A DNA stretch of 64,000 nt from Octopus sinensis. Taxonomy: Eukaryota. Below the pieces are notes generated by a model that was not told where the DNA came from, did not search any database, and worked only from the letters and a program-made list of their open reading frames with translations. The translations under genes and the position numbers were made by a program. The stretch covers positions 167,710,001 through 167,774,000 of the forward strand of contig NC_042998.1 in the NCBI RefSeq assembly GCF_006345805.1, written 5' to 3'. Below, one piece after another: positions 39,058 through 51,997 of this stretch (position 1 is its first letter; the number at the start of each line of letters is the position of its first letter).

Positions 39058-39180
39058 TGAAGGGAAAATAAACAACAAAAGGAAAATGGAAGGCTCGAAC
39101 CAGCAGAGTGACCCGAGACCAAAAAAGACAGCCAAGAGAGACAGACCAAGTATGGCGGAGGGGGAGACGGACAGAGGAAT
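38103..39180 (+). pseudogene. Decayed ORF1 (gag-like) of a non-LTR retrotransposon, probably Tx1/L1-type
   Basis: After frameshifts and stops: MRTSKVGIPRAPPGVNP...VERRKPRCF*CGQLGHIKRYCKEGEEESD. This contains a CX2CX4HX4C zinc knuckle at 38901-38942 followed by an acidic/(GA)n tail. No ORF2 seen. Confidence 0.72.
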
Positions 39181-39330
39181 AGTTACTAGATAACGTTATC
39201 AATTCATTCACCTCGAGTAGGAAACCACTACTCGTAACTCTCCTTTCTCTCTCTATGTCTTTCGCTCTCTCTCCCCATCTATCTATCTGTCTATCTATCT
39301 ATCTATCTTGTACATTCTGCAGGACTATTT

Positions 39331-39785
39331 GATAACGGAATTTGAGCTCAGAACGTAAAGACAGACGAAATACCTATTTCTTTACTACCCACAAGGGGCT
39401 ATACACAGAGGAGACAAACAAGGATAGACAGACGGATTAAATCGATTATATCGACCCCAGTGCGTAACTGGTACTTAATCGACCCCGAAAGGATGAAAGG
39501 CAAAGTCAACCTCGGCGGAATTTGAACTCAGAACGTTACGGCAGACGAAATACCGCTAAGTATTTCGTCCGCTAATCGTTTAAATAACCGCGCCGGATAA
39601 AATTCTTATCGGCATTTCTTCCGACTTTACTTACGTTCTGAGTTCAAAACCCAACACTATCGACTTTGCCTTTCATCTTTTCGGGATTCGTAAAATAAAT
39701 ACTAGTTGAGCATTGGTGTCAATGTCATCACTTACCCCAACCCCCAAAAATTGCTGGCGTTGTGCAAAAATTTGAAACCGATATT
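39331..39785. mobile_element. SINE B minus (39331-39585, with partial second unit) and SINE B plus (39590-39785)
   Basis: Family motifs in opposite orientations. Confidence 0.8.
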
Positions 39786-40002
39786 ATCTCTTAATTTTGG
39801 GGGCGGCTCTTATAGTAATAGTAGTAGTGGTGTTGTTTATGTTAGTGATGGTGTTTGTTGTTGTAGTGGTGGTGATGGTAGTGGCGCTGGTGTCGGTGGT
39901 GTGGATGCGATGGTTGTGTTGTCGGCGATAGTGTGGTGATTGTGGTGGTGATGGTGAATATGATGGTATCATTGTGAAGTATTATCATTATTAATAATAA
40001 TA

Positions 40003-40446
40003 GGAGTGACTGTGTGGTAAGTAGCTTGCTTGCGAACCACATGGTTCCGGGTTCAGTCCCACTGCGTGCCACCTTGGTCAAGTGTCTTCTACTATAGCCT
40101 CGGGCCTTGTGAGTGGATTTGGTAGACGTCGTGTATATATATGTATATATATGATAACAAAGGGTAAAATTAATTAATTAAGAAGTAATCAATAATTTCA
40201 CCAATTAGTGAAATTATTAATTACTTGGTATATATATATGTATGTGTGTGTGTCCCCCCAAACATCGCTTGACAACCGATGTTGGAGTGTTTACGTCCAC
40301 GTGACTTAGCGATTCGGCAAAAAGAACCGATAGAATAAGTACTAGGTTTACAAAGAATAAGTCCGGGAGTTGATTTGCTCGACTAAAGGCGCTGCTCCAG
40401 CATGGCCACAGTCAAATGACTGAAACAAGTAAGAGAGTAAAAGAGT
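40003..40446 (+). mobile_element. SINE A with small internal deletion
   Basis: GGAGTGACTGTGTGGTAAG head through TGACTGAAACAAGTAAGAGAGTAAAAGAGT tail. Confidence 0.88.
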
Positions 40447-40456
40447 AATAATAATG

Positions 40457-40539
<83 letters not shown>

Positions 40540-40564
40540 TAATATAATAATAATAATAATAATG

Positions 40565-40619
<55 letters not shown>

Positions 40620-40674
40620 TAATAATATAATAATAATAATAATAATGATAGTAAAAATAATAATAATAATAATG

Positions 40675-40705
<31 letters not shown>

Positions 40706-40721
40706 GAATAATGATAGTAAA

Positions 40722-40765
<44 letters not shown>

Positions 40766-40850
40766 TAATAATAATAATAATAATAATAATGATAGTAAAA
40801 ATAATAATAATAATAATAATGATGATGATGATGATAATCATAATCATGAT
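40447..40850. repeat. (AAT)n expanded microsatellite, about 400 bp, with GAT interruptions
   Basis: Read directly; it seeds from the SINE A tail. Confidence 0.97.
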
Positions 40851-41044
40851 AATAAGCAAATGGGCTTAGGACTTTTGTATGTGTTTATAGGACGAAATGG
40901 GAGAGGAGGCGAAAGGGTAAAGGAGTTGGAAAGGTTCGCGAATGGAAAAGTGGAAGGAGGCATTCGTTTGTCCATCACCTGCGTTCTTTGTTCGTTTCTA
41001 AAAATAGTCCTGCAGAATGTACAAGATAGATAGATAGATAGATG

Positions 41045-41089
<45 letters not shown>

Positions 41090-41502
41090 AGAGAAAGGAG
41101 AGTAACGAGTAGTGGTTTCCTACTCGAGGCGAATGAACTGATAATCTAACGATTATCTAGCAATGTATATTCGTGCGTGCGTGTGAGTGTGCGTGTGTGT
41201 GTGAATGTGTGTGTGTGTGTGTGTATGTGTTTGTGTGTGTATAATTATGATTCTTTGTGCTTACTTGTAATTCAGAGAGCTTATTGTATACATTATTTTG
41301 TATGTAAGCGAGAATATTCGAACTCGTGTCCTTGACTTACATGTACGCTTTCATTTTTGAGTGTGTTTAAATATATCCACTTGCACCGTATATACACCCG
41401 CATGCAAATACACACACACACACACACACACACACAAGAAACATTTTCACATAAACGCACACATGTATGCATGCATAAAGTCATGTACATGCATGCATCA
41501 TG

Positions 41503-41530
<28 letters not shown>

Positions 41531-41533
<3 letters not shown>

Positions 41534-41790
41534 AATGTAATATGTGACGATTATTCGGTAGCCATCCAAGTTTCAGATGCCGAGGTGGAAATCCACACCG
41601 CCATCTCTTCAGTTATCAGGCCATCGGAAAAAAAGCCGGATAACCGAAGAGATGGCGGCGTGGATTTCCACCTCGGCATCCGAGTTTTATCATGGCTACC
41701 GAATAATTGTCACATTTACGGGTAAATTCTTCTATTTACATAATATGAAGGTCGCTTTCATTCTTTTGTTGTCTTACCATTTTTATCAAT
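41531..41790. repeat. Long fold-back element (arms about 90 bp, 41531-41719) after (AT)n
   Basis: TTATTCGGTAGCCAT...GATGCCGAGGTGGAAATCCACACCGCCATCTCTTCAGTTATC pairs with GATAACCGAAGAGATGGCGGCGTGGATTTCCACCTCGGCATC...ATGGCTACCGAATAA. Confidence 0.88.
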
Positions 41791-42175
41791 ATATATATGT
41801 ATATATATATGCAAAAAATTTTGTTGTAAGGTTCCTGGTGCGAAACCGTGTTTTGAAACAGATATTGTTGCATTTCGGGATGGTAAATTCTTTTTTGTTT
41901 TACCAAATAAACACACGCTCTTTTTATCCGTTAGTCTCTCGTTTATTACTGTTATTATTTTAACTCATGTCCATAATCCGGAAATCCTTCTTCACACATC
42001 TGTGACCTCTTCAGTGACACTTTCCGCCATCATGCGTGCTCCTGCTCCGCATAGTCCATTCTCAGAGAATGGACTATTCAGGTTTTTCAGGTTAATCTTA
42101 AATTGCTTTTATTATAACTCGGTATAGAAAACAAACAAGCAAAAGAAAATCGTTAATACACACACACACGCATAC

Positions 42176-42223
<48 letters not shown>

Positions 42224-42236
42224 CTATCTCTTTATC

Positions 42237-42303
<67 letters not shown>

Positions 42304-42311
42304 TGGTGTGC

Positions 42312-42343
<32 letters not shown>

Positions 42344-42673
42344 CTATCTATGCAGATTTGTATTTTCAGGTGAATGATTTTCTTTTTATGTATATATGTG
42401 TGCATGTGTTGTCCCATCTGCTCGTCATTATGCACGTGCACCTGTGAAAATGTGCATTTTTATGTTTCTGCACCTTCTTTTTTCTTAAAGAAATTATAAG
42501 CAACAAATAAGCGCAGGAATGGTTGCGAAGCAAAGACGTTCGCGTTGCAAACACGTAGTTTCGGATTCGAAGTACGCCAATGTTTAATGTTCGTGAATAA
42601 ATAAGGTAGACGGAAATTGCAGAAGCATCCGCTTACGCGCGTGCATACACACACACACACACACACACATGCA

Positions 42674-42755
<82 letters not shown>

Positions 42756-43148
42756 TGAAGTGAGAAGTCACGCTGACTCGCACCGCTAGATGCAATATGC
42801 TTTATACCGGAAGCAGCTGTAAATTAATGAATGCAATTATATAACACCTTTTCTTTTGTCATTTATTAATATTAATTTATATATGCATGAGTGTTTCTGC
42901 TTGAGAGAGAGAGAGAGAGAAAGAGAGAGGGTGTAGAAAAGAGAGAGAGAAAGGATGTATGCGTGAGAGAAAGAAAGGGAGTTGTGTAAGCGTGCGTCAC
43001 TGATAGAGTGGGGCGGTAGAGGGTGTGTACGTGTGAAAGGCAGAGGCGGATTACGTGTGTGAGTGCGTTTGTGTGCATGTGTATATGTGTGTGAATCTGT
43101 GTACAACGACGTTTATATATGTGTGTGTGTGCGCGCGCACGCATATAT

Positions 43149-43212
<64 letters not shown>

Positions 43213-43670
43213 TTGTGTCTCTTTATACCTTGCAATTTATTAGAGAATTAAGAGTGCAATAAAAAATAAGTCCAGAATGAAATATGTTCTTAGGCTGGTT
43301 TATTGAACTAAAAACTCTTCATGGCCATATTCACAGTCTAAGGACTGAAACCAGTGAAAGTAAAAGATATAAAACCCAATACATAACAATTTTCATGTTT
43401 GTAATCATTTATACCACGCCCAAAAGCCTCACGCACATGCACACGGTCAAACAGAAAACACTAATCTACTCATAGTCAAACAAAAACACGCATAGGTATA
43501 TATATATATATATATACAATAAGAGCAGAGGTATTCGGAAACAGCTGATACGCCCATTTATGTATCTGCATGTTTTTTGTGCGTGTGTGTGTGAGAGTGT
43601 GTATGTGTGTGTTTGTGTGCGTGTGCACGATACTTGCGTGTGTTTGTATGCATATATATATATATATATA

Positions 43671-43722
<52 letters not shown>

Positions 43723-44129
43723 CTATATACATACATATATATATAAGAGAGAGGGAGAGAGAGAGAGGAACATACATTTGTGTGTAAGTATATATGTGTA
43801 TATGCATGCATTTATTTTTGTGTCGGTTTGTGCGTGTGTGTGTGTATCATACCTATCTTAATACTGACCAGTTAAAATAACCCAAAACTACGTTGTCCCT
43901 TGTCTGTGAATAAACTCTAGTTTCCAATTTCCCCAAATATAGAAATTAACTTGAAAAATTTATTTTAAAAGGACCAAATTAGTCTTGGACAAAAATACAA
44001 ATTACTCTTCCTATATCTAACCGCAGACTTAAGTAAACTGTATGATGTTGTCGAACCAAATAGACCGAAATTTATGTCCATAACTGTCTCTTGTCTGCGA
44101 ACAAAGCGAAGACAACACTCTCCTAAATG

Positions 44130-44420
44130 CAAATGGTAAGAGGTCATCTAAGGCGCCAAAGAAAAGTATGATATTGGATGTAAAACTGAAAGTATTGAGC
44201 TGGCGAACATCAGACATTAACAAGTCGTTAAACTTGGCTACGTCAGCGGTTAGAACTATCCCGAAAAATTTGGAGAGAAAAGAAGTGTTTCTGACAAGAC
44301 AAGCCTATTGTTGTCAGCAAAGAAGTCCACTTGTTTAAAGAATAAAATTATGGAAAAAAAAAAGATATATATATGCAGTATGGGTGGACATCGAAAAGCA
44401 TTGCACCAACCCATTAGTTA
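44130..44420 (+). pseudogene. pogo/Tigger (CENP-B-like) transposase N-terminal fragment
   Basis: APKKSMILDVKLKVLSW...DINKSLNLATSAVRTIPKNLER, then NKIMEKK...WVDIEKHCTNP, resembles the psq-type HTH and the start of the CENP-B HTH. Confidence 0.6.
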
Positions 44421-45022
44421 CAGTATATCTGACATAATCTTCTTACTATAGATTATTCTTATGCAAAAGTAGGACTTCGTTGGACATAATTCATGACCAG
44501 TGTCATATATTCCATTGTTCAAACAAGGTCTACGATCTTTGTCTAGCAAACTTCTGCCAACGTAATTACCTCTCAATAGCAAACATACTTCAAGAAACGT
44601 ATCCATCGTACCTGGACCGCTCTAGATGGCAGAACTAAGAATCAAGTCTATTGCATCTTCAGCCGTCTGTTGCATTTGTGTAACGTTTCAGATGTCACAC
44701 ACAGAGGTATATGTGTGTGTCTGTGTGTATGTGCATATCTACGTGAGCAGATGTATGAATCTGTTTATATTATTTCTAGAAAGCCAGGGATATATATATC
44801 TTTTCCCATCGTTGTCAGTATACTGAGTTCTATCTTTGAGTGATATTGGAGAGATCAGCGCTTGAAATGCGTTGGTTTCTTCATTTACTTTTGGGACTTT
44901 TCGGTTTGTTTTCCGGATATAATACTTTTCAGACAGATCTCAAAAAAAAAAAGAAAAAAAAACGTGTTTAAGCTTGATGAGGCCAAGCAATTTCCGGTAC
45001 TTGCTTTTAGCTATATTTAAAA

Positions 45023-45411
45023 CCAGCAGTATCGCCCGGCGTTGCTCGGGTTTGTTGCGACCCTTTAGAATTGGAATTTTTGAAAAGTAAAAATGTTGCA
45101 TTATGTAGCTTGTTATTCTCTTTAAGTGAACATTTTTCTGGTTGAAATACACCGATAAATGGTGACACAGTAGTCAAAAAATCGTAAAAAATAGGGATTT
45201 TCATAGAAAAAATCACCTTTTTGATGTAAATAATTTTTGGTCTTAACATGGTCCGAATTGTATTTTATCTTATACGGAATGAAGAGCAAGCCTTCTTCTA
45301 TCATACTCTCAATTTTGGTCAACTTGCGCCGCAAGGCCTCGGAGGAGATAGTGTTAGTTGAAGGCTACCAAACCTGCCACACACAGACAACTTCAGCTTT
45401 ATATATATAGA
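45023..45411 (-). mobile_element. Non-autonomous Helitron (body type 1)
   Basis: Minus strand A|TCTATATATATAAAGCTG...CCCGAGCAACGCCGGGCGATACTGCTGG|T gives a TC start, subterminal hairpin, CTRR end, A-T target and no TSD. Confidence 0.88.
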
Positions 45412-45984
45412 TAGATTGTATTTGTATTATTCGTTGTAGCTTCAGTATTTTAACCCTGTCATTTAGGTGTTTAAAAATCTCATAACAGTTTGTGCATTCT
45501 TTTTTATGCATTCTTGTTTTCTCAAACTAGGTGATACAATCTAACCAACACGCAAGCGCAGAGATAGTGCAAGTACTAATTATCCTAACTTTGAATTTAA
45601 TTACTACACAGTTTGGTTTCAAAAGCTATTCAATTTTTATTTAAAAAAAAAAAAGCTACTCAAACCAACTGAAATTTTTAAATGATAACAACTTCCCTAC
45701 TATATGAACTTAATAATTTGTCTTGGCCTGTCTAACCAACGTAGAGTTTATTGCAGAGATTATATCTAAAATATATATGCTTACACAACACACACACACA
45801 CACACACACACATTTGTTGAATCGACTTGTTCAAGTTTTCCATGCCATTATACAAACTAATTGTGATGCATATTTCTCTTTATCGTGCCATATATATTTC
45901 AGTTTATTTTGATATTGATTCACAATAAATAAATAATAAATAAATTATTTTTACAATAACTAGTCCTTCATTATCGACCGAAAA

Positions 45985-47085
45985 GAAGTTGTCACAGTTC
46001 TAGGACAGCGCTCTTCACCCTATGAGATGGCATCTGGTGTACCACAGGAATCTGTTCTTGGCCCCCTTTTATTTGTTGTATATGTTAATGACATAGATGC
46101 CAACTTAAAGAATGCCACAGTGCTGAAATATGCAGATGACATCAAGCTGTACCTCGAAATAAAGAGGTCAGACCCTGTACACTATAGATCTTTATTGCAA
46201 TCAGACCTGGACACAATGCAGCAGTGGATCATGGACTGGCAACTCAAGCTGATTGTGGACAAATGTACCACCATGCATTTTGGGAGGAAAAACCCAGTGT
46301 CTACTTACTGCCTCCACAACAATTAATCTCAACAAGTCTTCTTGTGAACGTGACCTGGGCATTATTGTCGACAGCGATTTGCTTTGGACAAAACACATTG
46401 CTAAAATTGCCAAGGAGGATGAGGGTGTCTTGGCATCACTTACCAAGTCATTTGTGAGCCGCTCTCCGGCTATATATCTAAGGCGTTATATAGCTATGGT
46501 GCGGCCTCACCTGGAATTTGCATCACCGGTATGGGACCCCTATCTTGCTCAAGATATTTAATTGTCTGGAAACCGTTCAGCGACGTGCAACCAAGAGAAT
46601 ATCCTCCATCATATTCTGAATGCCTTACTTCCCTGGGCATGGATACACTGAAACTCCGACGACTGGCAGCTGACTTGGCAGACACCCATAAAATTATTAA
46701 CCATCTTACAAACAATAGCTCTGGGCACCTTTTCAAACTCCACCTGTCTAACAACCGTAGACATGTTTATAAAGTCAGAAAACAGCACAACTCCCATGAC
46801 TTTTGGAAACATTTTTTCACGTTAAGAGTTGCTGAAGTATGGAACAAACTGCCGGCATCAGTTGTTAGTTGTCGGAGCACTGCATCCTTCAAAACTTTCA
46901 TGCTTCCTGAGATTCGCCAACACTACACCTGATTTTCTCCCCTCCATACACAGGCAAGCATGTATCTGACTCATACACTGTTCACTTCCCAGACATTTGT
47001 ATATTATTGCATATGCTTTATATGCACTTTTTACAAGTTGTGGTGCACCTGAGCATTGTATACAATAATTTCATTATTATTTTAT
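45985..47085 (+). mobile_element. 5'-truncated CR1-group LINE (RT C-terminal half plus 3' UTR)
   Basis: SGVPQESVLGPLLFVVYVND...KYADDIKLY...KC...ERDLGIIVD...VRPHLEFASPVWDP...LRRL..DL...FFTLRVAEVWNKLP. Contains stops and frameshifts. Confidence 0.93.
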
Positions 47086-47805
47086 TTCATAACAAAAAGA
47101 GCGTGCGTATTTGTGAAAGGACTAGAAAGTGATTATATTAAAAAAAAAAAGAAGAAAAAAGCAGCTTCGTGTGGACTGGGTATAATGTGCTAACTTTTTC
47201 GCGGAGTTGTCTGTAACGCATGGAGGTAAGTCGGGTATTATAGATCATTTGTAATTTCAAATGCAAAATTATTTTCTACTAAAATCAGAGCCTCTTCTTT
47301 GTTACTGCTGCTAAAGATGTTACTTTTCATTTTCATGCTGTTTCTTGAAAATCTCAAAACATTTTGAAGCTAAATTTCTTGGAGTCGATATGAAATTGTA
47401 ATTTTGAATGTAACTGTGCCGATTTTTAAATCTGAGCTTGCTAAAGACTAGTCGGTTGAAAATTTTCTGACAATTTTTAATGAATGCTTTAAAAAAAAAA
47501 CCCATCAAAATTATGCTTTTCATTCTTCGATACTCCATTGCTATTCAGATGGTACAAGTCAATTTTTTAAATATCTAAACTACTTCAGTGTGACGTACTC
47601 CCTATTATTACGTTACGATTCTTATTCTTAACATATTTCTCTTCAAATCTTATGAACACATATTGTTGTATTGAGTATATTTTGAAATTATTGTCATGCA
47701 TAAATGCGATCATGTTTCTTTTTTTCATCCCTTGAAAAATACGTCAGAATACATCTCACCTTATAATATGAGAAAGTTAATTTCACGTTAAAAGATTATA
47801 TATAT

Positions 47806-47871
<66 letters not shown>

Positions 47872-47874
47872 CTT

Positions 47875-48262
47875 TTTACGTGTTTCAGTCATTTGACTGC
47901 GACCATGCTGGGGCACCACTTTGAAAGTTTTAGTCAGACGAATCGACCCTAGGACTTGATATTTTAAAGCCTAGTAATTATTCTATCCCTCTTTCTTGCC
48001 GAACCGTTAAATTACGAGGGAAGTAAACACACCCTCACCGGTTGTAGGGGAGGAGCAAACACGGACACTAAGACACACCCGCACACATATATATATATAC
48101 GATGGGCTTCTTTCAGTTTCCGTTTACCAAAGTCCCTTATAAGGCTTTGTTCGGTCTGAGGCTATAGCTGAAAACACATTTCTAAGTTGCTATGCAGTGG
48201 GTCTGAATCTGGAACCATGTGGTTGAGAAGCAAGCTTCATATTACACAGCCACGCCTGCGCC
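47875..48262 (-). mobile_element. SINE A, diverged full length
   Basis: Family tail and head motifs. Confidence 0.85.
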
Positions 48263-48300
<38 letters not shown>

Positions 48301-48506
48301 AATCTCTGAGCGAGGTATAAACAGTAGCTGCACGACATCATGAAGTATATTTGCCACTTAAATGTGGCTAACCCTTAAAGGTGGATGCTACTGTAGCTTG
48401 TAGCCCCAGGAGGACACCTCCTCCAGCTGGCTATTGACACACTTTCTGTGCCCTATCAGTATTTGCAAAGGGAAGCTATCCTGCCCATTTTCAATCTGAC
48501 ATGATA

Positions 48507-48551
48507 CACACGGACTCGAATTTCTGGGTATTAACCCGTCATCAGCGTGTG
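48507..48551 (-). ncRNA. Minimal type-I hammerhead ribozyme motif
   Basis: Minus strand CACACG-CTGATGA-C-GGG-TTAATA-CCC-A-GAAA-TTCGA-GTC-CGTGTG has a 6-bp stem I, an intact core, a self-complementary stem III and a GUC site. Confidence 0.72.
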
Positions 48552-48676
48552 ACAATAACCGATTGCCGATGAAAAGTGGGTTCCCTTTGCAAATATCCTT
48601 TTTCAGTGACGAAAAGTCACTGATATCGAAAAAGTGTAAACAAGCAATAATAAATCCTCCAATATGTTTATATATA

Positions 48677-48718
<42 letters not shown>

Positions 48719-48728
48719 TATGTACATA

Positions 48729-48795
<67 letters not shown>

Positions 48796-49167
48796 ATATA
48801 TATATATATTATATATATATATAATGGAGGAATTATACAAAAGATATAACAGATGATGAGTAAAGCACCGGCACAGTTTCGACTACCTGTTGTTATCCGT
48901 ACAACAGCGATGGCTCATTACGTCATCTTCTCTGAACTAGAATGTATAATTTTCACGTTCATATTTGAATTTTTCGCTTTTAATATTTCTCTGCTTTTTA
49001 CTCATTCCCAAAGTTGATGGACATATACCGGTACGTAAAACCGAATCAGAAAATCTCTAGTGAGACTTTTTCTATTTTTATTTATTTATGTACCCGAAGA
49101 GACCCAGAACGGGTCGAAAAATGTGTCGTATTAAATAAAATCTTTTATTCCATCTACTTCATTAATA

Positions 49168-49205
<38 letters not shown>

Positions 49206-49209
<4 letters not shown>

Positions 49210-49439
49210 GTTTCTTTATTACCCACAAGGGGCTTAACATAGAGGAGACAAACAAGGGCAGACAAACGGATTAAGTCGATTACATCGACCCCAGTGCGTA
49301 ACTGGTACTTAATTTATCGACCCCGAAAGGATGAAAGGCAAAGTCGACCTTGACGGAATTTGAACTCAGAACGTAGCGACGGGCGAAATACCGCGAAGCT
49401 ATTCGCCTGGCGTGCTAACGTTTCTGCCAGCTCGCCGCT

Positions 49440-49440
<1 letters not shown>
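49206..49440 (-). mobile_element. SINE B full length, low divergence
   Basis: Near-consensus family B sequence between (CA)n tracts. Confidence 0.92.
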
Positions 49441-49482
<42 letters not shown>

Positions 49483-49527
49483 GAACATATATGAAAAGCA
49501 ATGTGGAAAAATCGTACTCGAATAATA

Positions 49528-49680
49528 TACTTTATTGATAAAACTTCAATGATATCACAAAAACTGTTCCCCAGAGTTTCACGTTCCTGTTCGTCGGGAA
49601 CCAAAACTGTCCGACGAACGGGAACGTGAAACTCTGAGTAACAGTTTTTGTGATGTCTTTGCAGCTTTATTAATAAAGTA
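49528..49680. repeat. Fold-back element (arms about 70 bp)
   Basis: ATCACAAAAACTGTT..CAGAGTTTCACGTTCCTGTTCGTCGG pairs with CCGACGAACGGGAACGTGAAACTCTG..AACAGTTTTTGTGAT. Confidence 0.88.
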
Positions 49681-50071
49681 TATATATATACACCAAATAA
49701 GCTAGGGGTTGTGGATCCAGCCCACTAAGGGATAATACTTATCCAATATGCTGTTGGTATATTACCCGAATTATCAATACACAAGTGTTTTTAATTGCAA
49801 TGCAATAAACTCACTTATTGTATTAAATGGGTGAAGGTAAGGAAATATTTTACCATTAATTTATATTGCAAATAAGAAAATGGAGAAACATATTAGTTGG
49901 TTTATCAGCTTTAGGATATTAGAATGATGTCTTATTTAATTAACAAAACTACAACCATAATAACATACATATATACAGTATAAAATTCGATGCATTTAAG
50001 ATAAGAATACAATAGTTATTAAAAAAAACATTAATATAAATTGTTATATACATATATATATATATATAATA

Positions 50072-50125
<54 letters not shown>

Positions 50126-50357
50126 GCGTTGACTGCAGAATCAGAGTGCTTTAGCTCTTATTTCTAGCATTGTAGGTGTTCTAACACCCTCTGTTATATT
50201 TAATGACAATTATAATTTTTCCTTTTTGGCGAAAAATTCAAATATGAACGTGAAAATTATACATTCTTGTTCAGAGAAAATGACGTAATGAGCCATCGCT
50301 ATTATACGGATAAAAACAGGTAATGGAAACTGTGCCGGTTCTTTACTCATAATTTAA

Positions 50358-50932
50358 TTCTTTATTGCCCGGAAGGGGCTAAACGTAGAGGGGACAGACA
50401 AAGGGACTAAGTCGATTATATCGACCCCAGTGCGTAACTGGTACTTATTTAATCGACCCCGAAAGGATGGGAGGCAAAGTCGACCTCGGCGGAATTTGAA
50501 CGCAGAACGTAGCGGCAGACGAAATATTTGTTTCTTTAATACCCACAAGGGACTAAACACAGAGAGGAGACAAACAAGGACAGACAAACGGATTAAGTCG
50601 ATTATATCGACCCCAGTGCGTAACTGGTACTTATTTAATCGACCCCGAAAGGATGGAAGGCAAAGTCGACCTCGACGGAATTTATACTCAGAACGTAGAG
50701 GCAGAGGAAATACCTATTTCTTTACTACCCACAAGGGGCTAAACATAGAGGGGACAAACAAAAACAGACAAACGGACTAAGTCGATTACATCGATCTCAG
50801 TGCGTAACTGGTATTTATTTAATCGACCCCGAAAGGATGAAAGGCAAAGTCGACCTCGGCAGAATTTGAACTCAGAACGTAACATCAGACGAAATACTGC
50901 TAAGTATTTCGCCCGGCGTCCTAACGATTCTC
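50358..50932 (-). mobile_element. SINE B head-to-tail trimer (unit about 188 bp)
   Basis: Three colinear units with junctions at about 50526 and 50714. Only the 5'-most unit keeps the A-box region. Confidence 0.9.
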
Positions 50933-51997
50933 TCACCATTGCTAAACTGCTGCCAAATTTAATTTACAAACATACATACATGCATACATACATACATACA
51001 TACATACATACATACATACATACATTCATACATACATTATTACATTGGTTCATGCAGTATAATATAGGCGGGGCATGAGGTGGAAGTTGTATTGTTGTTG
51101 GGAGAAGGGTAGGGCTAATCATTGGGAATAGATGTGCAATTGATCTGGAAGGCCACTTGTGGAGTTAGGCAGCTGACAGTCTGCTGCTGCTGCTGCTGCT
51201 GGTTGATACAAAGGCAGGTTGATAGACAGGCGAACATTTTACATACGCACACGCCCGCGCATACACACACGTAAATAGATAGATTGGTAGGTATGTAAGA
51301 GAAGAGCAGCTGAATGAGAGGACAGGAAGGAGAGAGAGAGAGAGAGAGGGGGGGGAGAGATAAGGTAAACAAGAGTGAGGAATAGAAAAGTTACGCTTTT
51401 GTTTTTGGCTTTGTGTTTGGCGTTATTTTGAACAACTATCCACTTCAACCTACTTAATTCATTACCACTGCTTTTTAGCAACAATAAGTCTCATCTTGCA
51501 GCACACGACCACCAGACACCATCGCTTAGACATTCATCGGCATTATCATCATCGCTATGAACTTCATCAACTCGACTCTTTCTCGTGACGCCATTGCTAC
51601 AGCGCTCCAGCTATCGCGCACCGACTACAAGCACCACCCTTGCTATTATTATTATTGCAGCGGCTGCTGTATAACTCTTCACTTTAAGTTTCATAACACA
51701 CACGCTATTACCACGCCATTGTATTTCATTGATGGTGACGTGTGGGTGTGCTGTTATAAGGATGAAACAATAATAAAAAAAAATAATAATAAAGTCACGT
51801 GAAACACCTGATGGTCGACCGTCACAATTTTTTCATTTTTTCTTTTGTTTTGTTTTTATTGTTTTTACTTTCGCAATATGTTTCTCGTCTTTTTAATATT
51901 CAAATTTCGCGCCTCAGCTGAACAATAACCAATCAAAACTGGTTTTTTTACACAATATGGCTCAGACAGAGCTAGTTAAAAGGTATTGGGTATCTGC

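Noticed and set aside
51115-51372. PolyQ-containing ORF
   Set aside because: A short (CAG)7 tract in low-complexity sequence, with no domain or convincing splice context.
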